Below the pieces are notes generated by a model, which was not told the DNA's origin, did no database searches, and saw nothing but the letters and a program-made list of their open reading frames with translations. The position numbers and the translations under genes are program-made. Below, piece by piece: positions 20,715-30,376 of a DNA stretch of 64,000 nucleotides (position 1 is its first letter; each line of letters starts with the position of its first letter). The DNA lies in contig JACPHT010000001.1 in assembly GCA_016188475.1 (NCBI GenBank), positions 138 to 64,137 of the forward strand, given 5' to 3'. Source of the stretch: Candidatus Uhrbacteria bacterium (lineage in GTDB: Bacteria; Patescibacteriota; Patescibacteriia; UBA9934; GWF2-40-263).

Positions 20715-20747
20715 AAGCCAAAACAAAAAAGCGCCATTATTAGGCGC
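20715..20747 (-). terminator. intrinsic terminator of the 360-aa GC-rich gene
   Basis: GCGCCTAATAATGGCGC hairpin followed by TTTTTTGTTTT on the minus strand; overlaps the stop codon. Confidence 0.5.
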
Positions 20748-21822
20748 GAGTTGCCTTGAGGCTGGCTCTAAGGCGAGTTACAAGCCGGCGTTCTGCCCAC
20801 TGTCTCATATTATCTTTTTCACGACCATTCACTGTGATCCAGTGAATGTAGTGTTCAAGCTCGTCGACAGTCAGTGGCTTGTTGATCATACTGCCGTACT
20901 GTTCCGCTTTGCGAATCATACGAAACGCAATAGCACACTCACGCGCGTAGCTTAATTCACATTCGAGGTAACGCTGATATTCAATATTATTGGGTTCGAA
21001 CAAAATGAGCAGTTTGATTAGATCGATCCTCTCATCATATGCATGAGCTTCACGACCTTCCAAAAGTAGTTCAACGTGATTGACTTCAAGTTCGATATCG
21101 AGATGGCGCGCAACGTTCTTAGCGTTTTTCAACCCATCTATTGTCTTTTGACAAAAACGTTCAAGTACTTTTTTGCGCCGTGTTAGATCAGAATGCTTCG
21201 CCAACCAATCTAACTCTTCACAGCTTTCATGATATTCGAAAGTGTGAATAAGAACCCTTTCAAGATGTTCCTGCTCTTTGTCAGTTAAAGAACGTTTGAG
21301 AAGCTTCAGACATAACTTTACGACACGAACATCGCCTATGCGAATCGCTTTGTGAAGTATGATATTAAAGCCACGTGTTGGGTTACACCCTTTTCGATAT
21401 GCCTTGATCGCTGGGAGGACATCTCTGTAGCCGTAGATACAGCTAACATAATATCGACGAACGATGAAAGATGCCGCTCTGTCGAAATCTGCTGGCCGTG
21501 CCTTTTTACAAAAACGTCCGTTCAGCGCTTCGACGTCTCCAATCTGCACCGCATATTTAACCCCATAGCTAGTTTTGAATTTGGCATCGTACCATTCAAA
21601 ACACTCGTATGCGACACGATGGCATCTTTTCATACCAGTGCGAACACCCCACGAAAGGATCAATTCTGCCGCGCGTTTAGAAGAAATACCGGCCGAACAT
21701 AGAGTCTTGACGATTGTCGCAACACTTTGCCCAGCGCCAGAGCCTAGCGGATCAAGACTAATTACGAGCTTGAGTTGTGCGCATGAAAGATCTTTAAGTA
21801 ATCTTGGATCGTGCATGTTCAT
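20740..21822 (-). CDS. hypothetical Cys-rich protein, compositionally atypical (GC-rich)
   Basis: 360-aa ORF with GC clearly above the local background, its own sigma70-like promoter, Shine-Dalgarno site and terminator; no recognisable domain. Confidence 0.6.
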   Translation of the reverse strand: MNMHDPRLLKDLSCAQLKLVISLDPLGSGAGQSVATIVKTLCSAGISSKRAAELILSWGVRTGMKRCHRVAYECFEWYDAKFKTSYGVKYAVQIGDVEALNGRFCKKARPADFDRAASFIVRRYYVSCIYGYRDVLPAIKAYRKGCNPTRGFNIILHKAIRIGDVRVVKLCLKLLKRSLTDKEQEHLERVLIHTFEYHESCEELDWLAKHSDLTRRKKVLERFCQKTIDGLKNAKNVARHLDIELEVNHVELLLEGREAHAYDERIDLIKLLILFEPNNIEYQRYLECELSYARECAIAFRMIRKAEQYGSMINKPLTVDELEHYIHWITVNGREKDNMRQWAERRLVTRLRASLKATRA

Positions 21823-21848
21823 CTCCTTATCGCATACGCGACAAAAAA

Positions 21849-21877
21849 CTATAATCGTATCTTTTCAAAATGTCAAA
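21849..21877 (-). promoter_or_regulatory. sigma70-like promoter TTGACA-17-TATAGT plus AAGGAG Shine-Dalgarno site for the 360-aa gene
   Basis: Perfect -35, 17-bp spacer, 5/6 -10; AAGGAG 3-9 nt upstream of ATG. Confidence 0.5.
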
Positions 21878-21885
21878 CGTGGATT

Positions 21886-22554
21886 CTAAAATATGCTCGC
21901 GAAATACCACAAGCAATTTTGACCGATCAACGAATTACAAACGGAATAAGACGGTCCGGAAATAAAAAAGAAAATATTCAGATTAGTAAGTATAGCGAGG
22001 AAAACAGCGATCATTAAAATCTGCGGACCGCGTATTGCGACAAACGCGCGTAAACGCTCGTACTTTGGATTATCAAACAATGCAAAAAATAATTTTGATC
22101 CATCAAGCGGATGAATCGGAATCACATTGAAAAAAAGAAGAAACAAATTCAAAATAACAAGCCAAAACAAAAACACAGACAAAAGATTAACAGGCCCAAG
22201 TTGAGTTGATGTAATTCGAAACGCGATCGCAGCAACAAGCGCAAGTAAAAAATTAGCTACTGGTCCGGCAAGCGCGATTTTTACAGAATCCCATTTTGGA
22301 TTTTTCAAATTGTACGAATTAAACGGAACTGGTTTTGCCCATCCAAAACCAAAAAGAAGAAGGGGAATTAAACCGAAAAGATCCAGATGCGCGATTGGAT
22401 TCAAACTCAAGCGCCCTTCTCTTTCCGCTGTTTTGTCACCAAGCCACGAACTTACAAGCGCGTGAGAAAATTCATGAATTGTCAGTGATGCCAAAATCGC
22501 AACAGCCCATGCAAGCGCAACTGCTGGAGATGTAAAAAGAATATCAAGAAACAT
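21886..22554 (-). CDS. site-2 protease family zinc metalloprotease (peptidase M50)
   Basis: HEFSH (HExxH) in a TM helix plus NVIPIHPLDG (LDG) motif; polytopic. Confidence 0.7.
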   Translation of the reverse strand: MFLDILFTSPAVALAWAVAILASLTIHEFSHALVSSWLGDKTAEREGRLSLNPIAHLDLFGLIPLLLFGFGWAKPVPFNSYNLKNPKWDSVKIALAGPVANFLLALVAAIAFRITSTQLGPVNLLSVFLFWLVILNLFLLFFNVIPIHPLDGSKLFFALFDNPKYERLRAFVAIRGPQILMIAVFLAILTNLNIFFFISGPSYSVCNSLIGQNCLWYFASIF

Positions 22555-22676
22555 AGAAAGATATTATATCAAATTCTGAGTACGAATAAAGAAGCAGTAG
22601 CACTATGTCTCCAGGCCATCGGACTGTCGCCGCTGTTCCTTTCGACATAGTGCTACCGCTTCTTTATTATTCGTAT

Positions 22677-23984
22677 TTATTTAATCAAGCGTTCAATTTG
22701 TGCTCCAACACTTCGCAATTTTTCTTCCAACTTTTCATAACCTCTTTCAAGATGTTCTATTCCACGAAGTGTTGAAGCGCCATCGGCAACAAGTGCCGCA
22801 ACAACAAACGCGAGACCTGCTCGAATATCAGGGACTTCAACCTCGGCCGCATGCAAAGAAGTCGGACCAGTGATCACTGCAGAGTGGCGATAGTTTTGAC
22901 CTTTGAAACGACACGAAATCTCACCAAGACAATTGCTAAACAGTGAAATATTAGCGCCCATACCGTTTAACGTCTGTGTATAACCAAATCGTTCTTCATA
23001 AACAGTTTCGTGAATAACTGAAATTCCTTTTGCTTGCGTAAGCACCACAACAAACGGTTGTTGCCAGTCTGTCATAAACCCTGGATGGGTATCTGTTTCA
23101 AGTTCAATTCCGCGATATGACGATACGCCACGAAAAACAATCCCGTCTGGTTTCACTTCATACTCCCCGCCAATGCGACGGACAGCATTTAGAAAAGTGA
23201 TCATGTGCTGATGTTGTGCGCCACGCACAAAAATTTCTCCACGAGTTCCAAGCGCCATGCAAGCATATGACGCGGCTTCCATTCGATCAGGCAAAACCAA
23301 CACATGCGTCCCACGCAATTTTTCAACACCAATTATTTCCATTGAACGACAAGCATTGATCTGGATCACAGCTCCCATGTTCTGGAGCATCATGATAAGT
23401 TCATGAATTTCAGGTTCAGTGGCCGCATTGCGAATTGTTGTACGACCCTCTGCTAAAACACCGGCAAGAATCGCAGTTTCTGTCGCGCCAACTGATGGAT
23501 ATGGAAGTTCAACTAGCGCTCCTTTCAAGCGTTTTTTTACTGCTGCGTGATATCCATGTTTATCTTCTTCAATTAACGCTCCCATTTTTCTGATAATTTC
23601 TATATGAAAATTTACAGGACGAGGACCAATCGCATCTCCACCAACAAGCGGAACAAATGCTTCCCCGGCTCGATGTAAAAGCGGAGCAAGCGCGAGAATG
23701 CTGATTCGATTTTTTCGAGAAAGTGAATGTACAGAAGTTGAAGTGATAGTTTTTGTTGCTGTTCGAAGTGTGTGTTCATCAGACCATTCAATCTGCGCCC
23801 CAACTGTTGTAATTATTTCTTGAGTGATCGCTGTCTCTTGTTGACGCGGAACATTTTCAATTTCAACAAGCTCGTCAGTTAACAAACTAGCGATCATCAT
23901 TTTAGATGCTGCATTTTTTGCGCCTGAAAGTGTTACTTCACCGTTAAGAGGCTTGCCACCTGTGATTTGAAATGTGTCGGGCAT
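22677..23984 (-). CDS. murA: UDP-N-acetylglucosamine 1-carboxyvinyltransferase
   Basis: 435 aa; MurA/EPSP-fold motifs. Confidence 0.95.
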   Translation of the reverse strand: MPDTFQITGGKPLNGEVTLSGAKNAASKMMIASLLTDELVEIENVPRQQETAITQEIITTVGAQIEWSDEHTLRTATKTITSTSVHSLSRKNRISILALAPLLHRAGEAFVPLVGGDAIGPRPVNFHIEIIRKMGALIEEDKHGYHAAVKKRLKGALVELPYPSVGATETAILAGVLAEGRTTIRNAATEPEIHELIMMLQNMGAVIQINACRSMEIIGVEKLRGTHVLVLPDRMEAASYACMALGTRGEIFVRGAQHQHMITFLNAVRRIGGEYEVKPDGIVFRGVSSYRGIELETDTHPGFMTDWQQPFVVVLTQAKGISVIHETVYEERFGYTQTLNGMGANISLFSNCLGEISCRFKGQNYRHSAVITGPTSLHAAEVEVPDIRAGLAFVVAALVADGASTLRGIEHLERGYEKLEEKLRSVGAQIERLIK

Positions 23985-24056
23985 AGTAATAAGTAGTAAA
24001 GTGGCAGAGTAGCAAAGGTAAACATTTATTTCAAAGAATTTATTTTTTTCTCTTTT

Positions 24057-24413
24057 CTACTTTACTACTATTCCAACAAAATAAATTGTGCTCATTGAAA
24101 GAAACATCGGAAAAATCCAATCCACATAATTCAAAAACCAGCGATCACCACTATAAAGATATCCAAATACAATAAGTTCTAAAAGAGAGACAAATACCAT
24201 TGCGATGGATGTTGTTGCAAAAACAGAAAACGCTGAAAAATATTCGAAGTAAACAAAAAAACTGATTGCGAATGCCGCGATCACACAAATATAATGAAAA
24301 AAAATATAAGACTTACGACCAAGTCTGTGCGCGTTGTTCACGAAAATTTCAAGCAACACCCAAGCGACAAGCGCGTGAATAGCCAAGATCAGAATGTTTA
24401 ATATTAGTGTCAT
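24057..24413 (-). CDS. small polytopic membrane protein (paralog 1)
   Basis: Shares H.FVAWV and VDWI.P.FL..STIY.VG motifs with the adjacent gene. Confidence 0.45.
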   Translation of the reverse strand: MTLILNILILAIHALVAWVLLEIFVNNAHRLGRKSYIFFHYICVIAAFAISFFVYFEYFSAFSVFATTSIAMVFVSLLELIVFGYLYSGDRWFLNYVDWIFPMFLSMSTIYFVGIVVK

Positions 24414-24775
24414 ATTCTTTTTTGTTTTCCAACAGCGTAAATCGTTGATGCTATTAAAAAGAAAGGAAGAATCCAATCAACAAAATCTAAAAGATGGTTT
24501 GAAGTTGGTTGAAAAAAATTTATGTAAACAATTTCGAAAATGACAAACGCAACAATAGCTTGAATAACGGTAAAAAAAGGTGAAGAACGTTCGTTCGCTT
24601 GATAGTATGAATGAAACACAATTGCAAAAATTATTATTGCAAACACAATATGTAAAAATGCAAAAACATTGTGCGGCAAAGACGAAAAAAAATTTAATGC
24701 AAACATAAGAACCACCCACGCGACAAACGTATGAACGAAAACATTAAAAAATTTGAATAACCTGTTTCTTAACAT
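24410..24775 (-). CDS. small polytopic membrane protein (paralog 2)
   Basis: Tandem paralog of 24057-24413. Confidence 0.45.
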   Translation of the reverse strand: MLRNRLFKFFNVFVHTFVAWVVLMFALNFFSSLPHNVFAFLHIVFAIIIFAIVFHSYYQANERSSPFFTVIQAIVAFVIFEIVYINFFQPTSNHLLDFVDWILPFFLIASTIYAVGKQKRI

Positions 24776-24781
24776 AATGAC

Positions 24782-25075
24782 TCATATTGAAACCTCTGGA
24801 TTTTTTGTGTGTTCAATTGTTTCACCGAAACCTTTACGTTTTTCACGCATCTTCTCTCTCAAAACGCGTAATTTTTCTTCAAGTTCATCTATTTGACCCT
24901 GTGTCTTGGCAACTACTTCCTCATCTTCCCAACTTTCTGCCATAACTTCACGGAGCGCATCAATATGCGAAGTAATCTCGGCTTGTTCTGTTTCCATATT
25001 CAAAATCTCTCGATTTCCAAATGTTTGATGTATCTCCTCACCTGTCATTCTTAGCGGTCGTTTTGATTCGGACAT
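24782..25075 (-). CDS. hypothetical acidic coiled-coil protein
   Basis: 97-aa ORF rich in E/K heptads. Confidence 0.35.
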   Translation of the reverse strand: MSESKRPLRMTGEEIHQTFGNREILNMETEQAEITSHIDALREVMAESWEDEEVVAKTQGQIDELEEKLRVLREKMREKRKGFGETIEHTKNPEVSI

Positions 25076-25364
25076 ATTGATTTTAGAATAGCCCTTAAAT
25101 GAAATTTAGCCAAGTAAGCGAAAGTAAAGATAGAGTGAAGAAGTGATGGAGTGATAAAATTCCTCCTCTTCCCGATGTGGAGTTAAAGAGCGATAGCAGG
25201 CAGGCAGGCAGCCACCCGCCAGGCCTTTAGGCCTGACCCGGCTCCGACGGATTAGTTCCCACTGGAAAGTGGAGGGATTAAACAAAAAGACCCACCACCT
25301 TTGTGAAAAGGTGTGAGGGTCAGAGATTAAGAGGCAGCCAACGGCTTTAACCTTCGCGCTTGGG

Positions 25365-25901
25365 CTACTTGCGAACAAACAGAAAGCGGTTGCGAGCATC
25401 CCACCCGCCGTCGAACCAGCTGCGGCCGAAGATGCGCCTGCCGGAACCACTGTCCAGAACCGCGACACACTCGCCGTCGTCGTGCATCGCGAACGAGCCA
25501 AGAGCCACAATCCAGAACTGACGATGAAGGTCAGGACGTGCTTTCTGGAACGAATATGTTTCGATATGAGTCGCTGGACGATAGCCGAGCTTGTCCATCT
25601 CGGCTATTGCATCTTCGGACATTATCTCCCTGTTGAAATGCTTCACAAGGAAAACTTTGTCACCAACAGGAATGAGGTATTCGTTGGGGGAGATAGGCTT
25701 GACAGGCACGGAACCGACTGGAACGATGAGATCAAACACTCTGTCCACGAGATCAGGCTCTTTGATGAGCCTCCGCAAGTGATCGATCGTTCCATTGTGT
25801 TTGCGAAGAGCATTCACTATCACTCTTGTTAGCTCGAATACGAACCCGACAACAGAAAGCAACGTATCCAGATTCCAGTCTTTCCTTGCACTACGACTCA
25901 T
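25365..25901 (-). CDS. hypothetical protein in GC-rich island
   Basis: 178-aa ORF at about 50% GC embedded in a locally atypical segment; no motif recognised. Confidence 0.35.
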   Translation of the reverse strand: MSRSARKDWNLDTLLSVVGFVFELTRVIVNALRKHNGTIDHLRRLIKEPDLVDRVFDLIVPVGSVPVKPISPNEYLIPVGDKVFLVKHFNREIMSEDAIAEMDKLGYRPATHIETYSFQKARPDLHRQFWIVALGSFAMHDDGECVAVLDSGSGRRIFGRSWFDGGWDARNRFLFVRK

Positions 25902-26008
25902 GACAATTCTCCAATTTTTGGCCTGCCTTTCATCCCAACACCATGCCGAGACTTAAGGCTCGCCAAGAAGATATCATTTCAAAAAATAACGATCTTGTCA
26001 ATCCACCA

Positions 26009-26142
26009 CCTCGACCGTTGAAATACCATGTTCGTAAGCTAAATTTTATTCCCTGAGCCTATCGAAGGGAATAATGTACAAAAAATAATATTTACTGCCT
26101 TCGATGTTGCTCAGGCAATAATTAGAGTTTTTCAACGGTCCC
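26009..26142. repeat. composite palindromic element with two CCTGAGC-TCGAAGG cores in opposite orientation, flanked by CCTCGACCGTTGAAA / TTTCAACGGTC inverted repeats
   Basis: Cores at 26051-26070 and 26095-26114 match the family found in leuS, trxB, truB and intergenic sites. Confidence 0.6.
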
Positions 26143-26395
26143 TCACCAACTAAAATAAAAAGGGGGTGCGGTGAAGCACCCAAAGCAGAGAGAATGATTG
26201 TCCGATGGGACTAGATGATTTCGAGCTCGCACCCATTCTTCTGGAAGACAGAAGCGCTTTGATCAGACCTCGAGGACTGACGCGGCACTGCGGACGTATA
26301 TATTTTATCATAAAATATGACATACTTCAGTAAAAATAGAAGAACTGGGGATAATTCAAAACCGCCCTACGTTGTTCGAAGAGCGGTTTTTATTT
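26143..26395 (+). ncRNA. candidate structured small RNA ending in an intrinsic terminator
   Basis: No credible ORF; hairpins GGGUGC-GGUGAA-GCACCC and CUUCUG-GAAGA-CAGAAG; motifs CUAGAUGA and ACAGAAG that loosely recall RNase P RNA CR-IV/CR-V; ends with ACCGC...GCGGT hairpin plus TTTTTATTTTTT. Confidence 0.2.
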
Positions 26396-26675
26396 TTTGT
26401 GCCTCACGTTGGAATGGGTGTCATAGAATATGATCAACGTAATCGGATTCTTCTTTCCGTATGTCAGGCGATGATGGCAGTTTTTATCCACCAAGTCGAT
26501 TTGACATCGGTCAATTCCGTCAGGTCCTGTTGTCTGGCAAACCAGTTACACATGGACCGAAAAGTTGTTTGAAATCATGGACAAACCCACCCTGACGCGA
26601 GGCAATATAAATATACCATTCTGTTAAAATTATGCAAGTTTGCAATAGGCGACAAATCCACTAACAATCCACAGG

Positions 26676-27446
26676 CTAATCAATAACAATTTCTCTGATA
26701 ATCGAGTCCGATCCAAATAAATCAAAAACTGTTTGATTAAAAACGCATGAAGATTTTGAGACAAAAAATGTGTTCAACCCTTCCCCTTCAACATTAAATG
26801 TTTTTACTGCCTCGTCAGCAACAACATCGCTTGGATCAAACAACTCAATCTCATATCCACGTTCCTCAAACATGTGTGAAAAAACCGAGCGTGCAAACGG
26901 AAATTGTGTACAACCGAAAACCAATAACTTTGCGTGAATGTCTATCGCCTTTTGAACTGCTGGCGAAATAATCTCTTCAAGTTCCGATCCGCTTGCCTGT
27001 CTCTCAATTGCCTCTGCAAGTTTTGGCAAAGCAATTGACTCAGCAGACAATCCATGTTGTGTAAACGCTAGCTCGTAGATTCCTGATCGAACTGTTGCAA
27101 GCGTTGCCGCAATCAAAATTTTTCCGCGTGTCCGTTTACAAACAGCTCTTACCGTTGGAGCCACCATTTCAATCACACGCGTTTTTGGAATTTCAAACAA
27201 ATCAGCGAGCGGAGCAATCACAGCAACAGACAAACAATTGCAGGCGGCCACGAATTGAGTTGCGCCTTGCGACTTCAAAAATTTCATAGCGTGCAAAGTG
27301 AGTTCAAGCAATTCCTCTGTTTTTCTCGGACCATAAGGCATGTTCGCAAAATCGCCAAAGTAAACAAGATCGGCTCTTGGAGCTTTTTTTCGAATTTGGC
27401 TGGCAACGCCAAGTCCACCTATTCCTGAATCAAAAATTCCAATCAT
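26676..27446 (-). CDS. murI: glutamate racemase
   Basis: MIGIFDSGIGGLGVAS... and conserved Cys motifs; start at the internal Met giving a 4-bp overlap with the upstream gene. Confidence 0.85.
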   Translation of the reverse strand: MIGIFDSGIGGLGVASQIRKKAPRADLVYFGDFANMPYGPRKTEELLELTLHAMKFLKSQGATQFVAACNCLSVAVIAPLADLFEIPKTRVIEMVAPTVRAVCKRTRGKILIAATLATVRSGIYELAFTQHGLSAESIALPKLAEAIERQASGSELEEIISPAVQKAIDIHAKLLVFGCTQFPFARSVFSHMFEERGYEIELFDPSDVVADEAVKTFNVEGEGLNTFFVSKSSCVFNQTVFDLFGSDSIIREIVID

Positions 27447-28396
27447 AAATATGTCTTTAAAACCCTTGCGGCATTCATGAAACACAATTTTTCAAGCATT
27501 TTCTCTGTCCACCCTTCGTCGACCAAAGCCGTAAAAAGAGTTGATAATGAATTAAGAGAACCGAGCCCGTCTGGATATCCGTGAATGATTCCGCCGAAGT
27601 CAGTGCCAAGAGCAATATTATCGTCGCCAATAATTTTTCTTGCGTGCTCAATGTGCGCGACAATGTCTTTTATCGTTGCTGGTTTTTCTCTGCTTGTGAC
27701 ATATGTTTTGGCGAAAAAAAATCCAATCAGACCATCAGTTTTTGCAATAGCCCGAAGTTGATCGTCTGAATAATTTCGCGGAGAATCGCACAACGATCGA
27801 CAATTTCCATGGCTGACATAAAGCGGACGCTCAATAATCTTTGTCGCGTCCCAAAATGTTTGTTCGTTCATGTGCGCCAAGTCAACAATCATTCTTTTGC
27901 TCTGACACCATTGGATGACATCAGTGCCAAGTTGTTTAAGCCCTTGAGTTAGGTCGTTCGCACCTCCACCAAGCGGATTGGATAAATTCCACACAATACC
28001 AAGCGAGCGCCATCCTTTTGAGTACCATCGCTCCAACATGTCCCAACTTTGATCGTCAATTACGTTTAATCCTTCGATGTGAAGAAGTAAACTTATTGAA
28101 CTATCTGACTTAAGCGCGCGATCAACATCTTTGGCTGTTTGAATCAGTGACCATTTTTCTTTCTTAATAAGATCGTTGTATGAATCAAATTCGTATTCAA
28201 TCATTTCATTCACGACTGGATCGAAAAAATTTTCATTAGAAGGAACTGGAAAAGCTGTCGCGACAACAAGCTTAAGTTTATTGTCACGAATCATGTCAGG
28301 ATTTGTCTGCCATTCCCCTTTTGGAAATAAATCACGACGACTTATGTGTAAAAATAAATCTTCGTGCAAATCAATAATTGGATATTTGTTTGTCAT
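27443..28396 (-). CDS. membrane dipeptidase (peptidase M19)
   Basis: IIDLHEDL, HIEG and VDLAH motifs of the renal-dipeptidase family. Confidence 0.8.
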   Translation of the reverse strand: MTNKYPIIDLHEDLFLHISRRDLFPKGEWQTNPDMIRDNKLKLVVATAFPVPSNENFFDPVVNEMIEYEFDSYNDLIKKEKWSLIQTAKDVDRALKSDSSISLLLHIEGLNVIDDQSWDMLERWYSKGWRSLGIVWNLSNPLGGGANDLTQGLKQLGTDVIQWCQSKRMIVDLAHMNEQTFWDATKIIERPLYVSHGNCRSLCDSPRNYSDDQLRAIAKTDGLIGFFFAKTYVTSREKPATIKDIVAHIEHARKIIGDDNIALGTDFGGIIHGYPDGLGSLNSLSTLFTALVDEGWTEKMLEKLCFMNAARVLKTYL

Positions 28397-28444
28397 ACTA
28401 AGAAAAAGTGGGAGCTTGCCAGAGCGACAAGCTCCCGAGCGAAA

Positions 28445-29596
28445 CTAAGCCGGCAGAAACCCGCGCGCGATGCGCACGAGATCGGAGAGAACTCCAACCG
28501 AAGTCTCAAGCGCCCACGGATGAATGAAAAGACTTTCAGAACAGGACAGCAGATCGTACTGACTGAAAAATGTTCCGTCATAGATATCATAGAACGGATC
28601 AGGACATATGCAAATAACCTCGCGTAAACTGTCGTGCAGTACGTTTCGTTCTTTGACTATCTGACAAATGAACTTTTCTCTGTCAGGTGCGGAATTTATT
28701 CGACCGCCGATTCCGTTTTCAAACTCGGCGACCGTTTTTAGAACATCGACAAGTTCTTCAAGCGCTTGACGCCGATGCGCAGGGACAGCGAAACGCATAT
28801 CCGCAACAGGCACAAGATTCAATGTAACAGTCTGCGGGAGTTCTGGCCAAAGCTTTTGTCGAACAACTTCGTAGAGTTCGTTGAGTTTTGACATGAGCTG
28901 TCCGATGTACTTGTACATGTCGGGTCCTGAAAGTTCATACACGATGTCTGTATTGAACTTGAGCGGATCAATTGTCACATCCATTAGAATGTTGGTAATG
29001 TTTGGACTTACCCATCCGCTATTCGATCCGTTTGTTCCGCAGACCCCGCTCGCGTTGACGACGGCCCATTGACGAGCATGCCGCGCTTCTGTCATTCCAT
29101 CATCGCGTACGTACCGCTCCCAAATCGAGTGATCGTGCTGTGTGAGAACTTCTAGTAACTCCAGAACGCGACAGCAATTTTCTTTCAAGTACTCGCTGAC
29201 TGTTTGCATCTCAAGCTCTGGAAATAATTCTCGCAGAGCTTGCATGTGTACTTCTGGAATAGACGCGCCGATTTGAAAACGATCCGCCGTGTGTTCATGA
29301 ACACGTGTGACTTTCGCGTGACTGATTAGAACGTTTTCTTCCGCGATTTGAGTTCTTGTGCCATTGACAATCACACAATGCGGATGAAAGTTGCGATCAA
29401 GGCACCCTTTTGTTGAATCCACAATCTTCATCGGGATTCCGAGCGTGGCGCAAGCGAGGTTGTTTGGATACCAATTCCCGATGTGCGGCGTTTTGAATAC
29501 TAGAAACCCTGCTCGCTTGAGTGAAACGAGATCGTTGAGAGACAGATCCTTGCGGATCTTAAGTCGGATCGGCATGTTCACCTCCGTTTCTGCCAA
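28445..29596 (-). CDS. hypothetical protein, GC-rich
   Basis: 383-aa ORF at about 50% GC; no motif recognised. Confidence 0.45.
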   Translation of the reverse strand: MAETEVNMPIRLKIRKDLSLNDLVSLKRAGFLVFKTPHIGNWYPNNLACATLGIPMKIVDSTKGCLDRNFHPHCVIVNGTRTQIAEENVLISHAKVTRVHEHTADRFQIGASIPEVHMQALRELFPELEMQTVSEYLKENCCRVLELLEVLTQHDHSIWERYVRDDGMTEARHARQWAVVNASGVCGTNGSNSGWVSPNITNILMDVTIDPLKFNTDIVYELSGPDMYKYIGQLMSKLNELYEVVRQKLWPELPQTVTLNLVPVADMRFAVPAHRRQALEELVDVLKTVAEFENGIGGRINSAPDREKFICQIVKERNVLHDSLREVICICPDPFYDIYDGTFFSQYDLLSCSESLFIHPWALETSVGVLSDLVRIARGFLPA

Positions 29597-29648
29597 TCTT
29601 TGTGCCCCGTTCGCGACAGGAGCACAATACTGTCAGAACATAAAACCC

Positions 29649-29680
29649 CGAGCTTACTGCCCGGGGTTAAAATTTCTGGA
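29649..29680 (-). terminator. intrinsic terminator downstream of ndk
   Basis: AACCCCGGGCAGTAAGCTCGGGGTT hairpin followed by TTTTAT on the minus strand. Confidence 0.5.
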
Positions 29681-29876
29681 ATGAAAACACTTTTTAATCC
29701 AAAAATTCACGGGCAGTCAGCTCGTTCCAGTGTTTATAGTTCTTGCGAAATTGTTGCCCAATGAATAATGTCATAACAATTAAATAATACAGGTGGTCGT
29801 TTAACATGTCAAATAAATGTAAGTGCTAATTTTTGTTGATATTTTTTCACCTCTGTGAAAAGTTGTCAACAAATTT

Positions 29877-30344
29877 TTATATACCTTCTCCAATATGATA
29901 CATATCTGTAATTTTTTTGTACGAAAATAATTCATGATCCTTGAAAAAACGCCTAAGCTCTTTAGCAGCGCTTTCTAGCGAATCAGAAGCATGAATCAGA
30001 TTGGATGGAACGTTCATCGATAAATCCGCGCGGATTGTTCCCGCGTCGGCTTCGCGAGGATTTGTTGAACCAACAAGTTTTCGCACTTCGGAAACAGCGT
30101 TGTATCCTTCAAGCACCATTCCAACAACAGGCGTCTGCATCATAAATTGCTTAAGAGAACCAAAGAATGGTTTGTCTGAAAGATGCGCATAGTGTTCATC
30201 CAACAGCTCTTCTGTGAGTCGTATCAATTTAAGTCCTATAATTTTCATCCCTTTCTTTTCAAAACGAGAAATGATTTCGCCAAGCAAATCGCGCTGTAGA
30301 GCATCTGGCTTGAGAAGAACAAGCGTTCGTTGAATTTCAGTCAT
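29877..30344 (-). CDS. ndk: nucleoside diphosphate kinase
   Basis: TLVLLKPDALQR... and NxxHASD motifs. Confidence 0.9.
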   Translation of the reverse strand: MTEIQRTLVLLKPDALQRDLLGEIISRFEKKGMKIIGLKLIRLTEELLDEHYAHLSDKPFFGSLKQFMMQTPVVGMVLEGYNAVSEVRKLVGSTNPREADAGTIRADLSMNVPSNLIHASDSLESAAKELRRFFKDHELFSYKKITDMYHIGEGI

Positions 30345-30376
30345 ATAATGTTTGCGAGAATGTTACAATATTTTTC

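Noticed and set aside
25141-25400. SRP RNA, tmRNA or RNase P RNA in the GC-rich non-coding segment
   Set aside because: Checked by eye for 4.5S domain IV (GGAA tetraloop with AGCAGCC), the tmRNA tRNA-like 3' end (GGUUCGAUUCC...CCA) and RNase P P4/CR-I motifs. Only partial, non-collinear resemblances were found, so no call was made.
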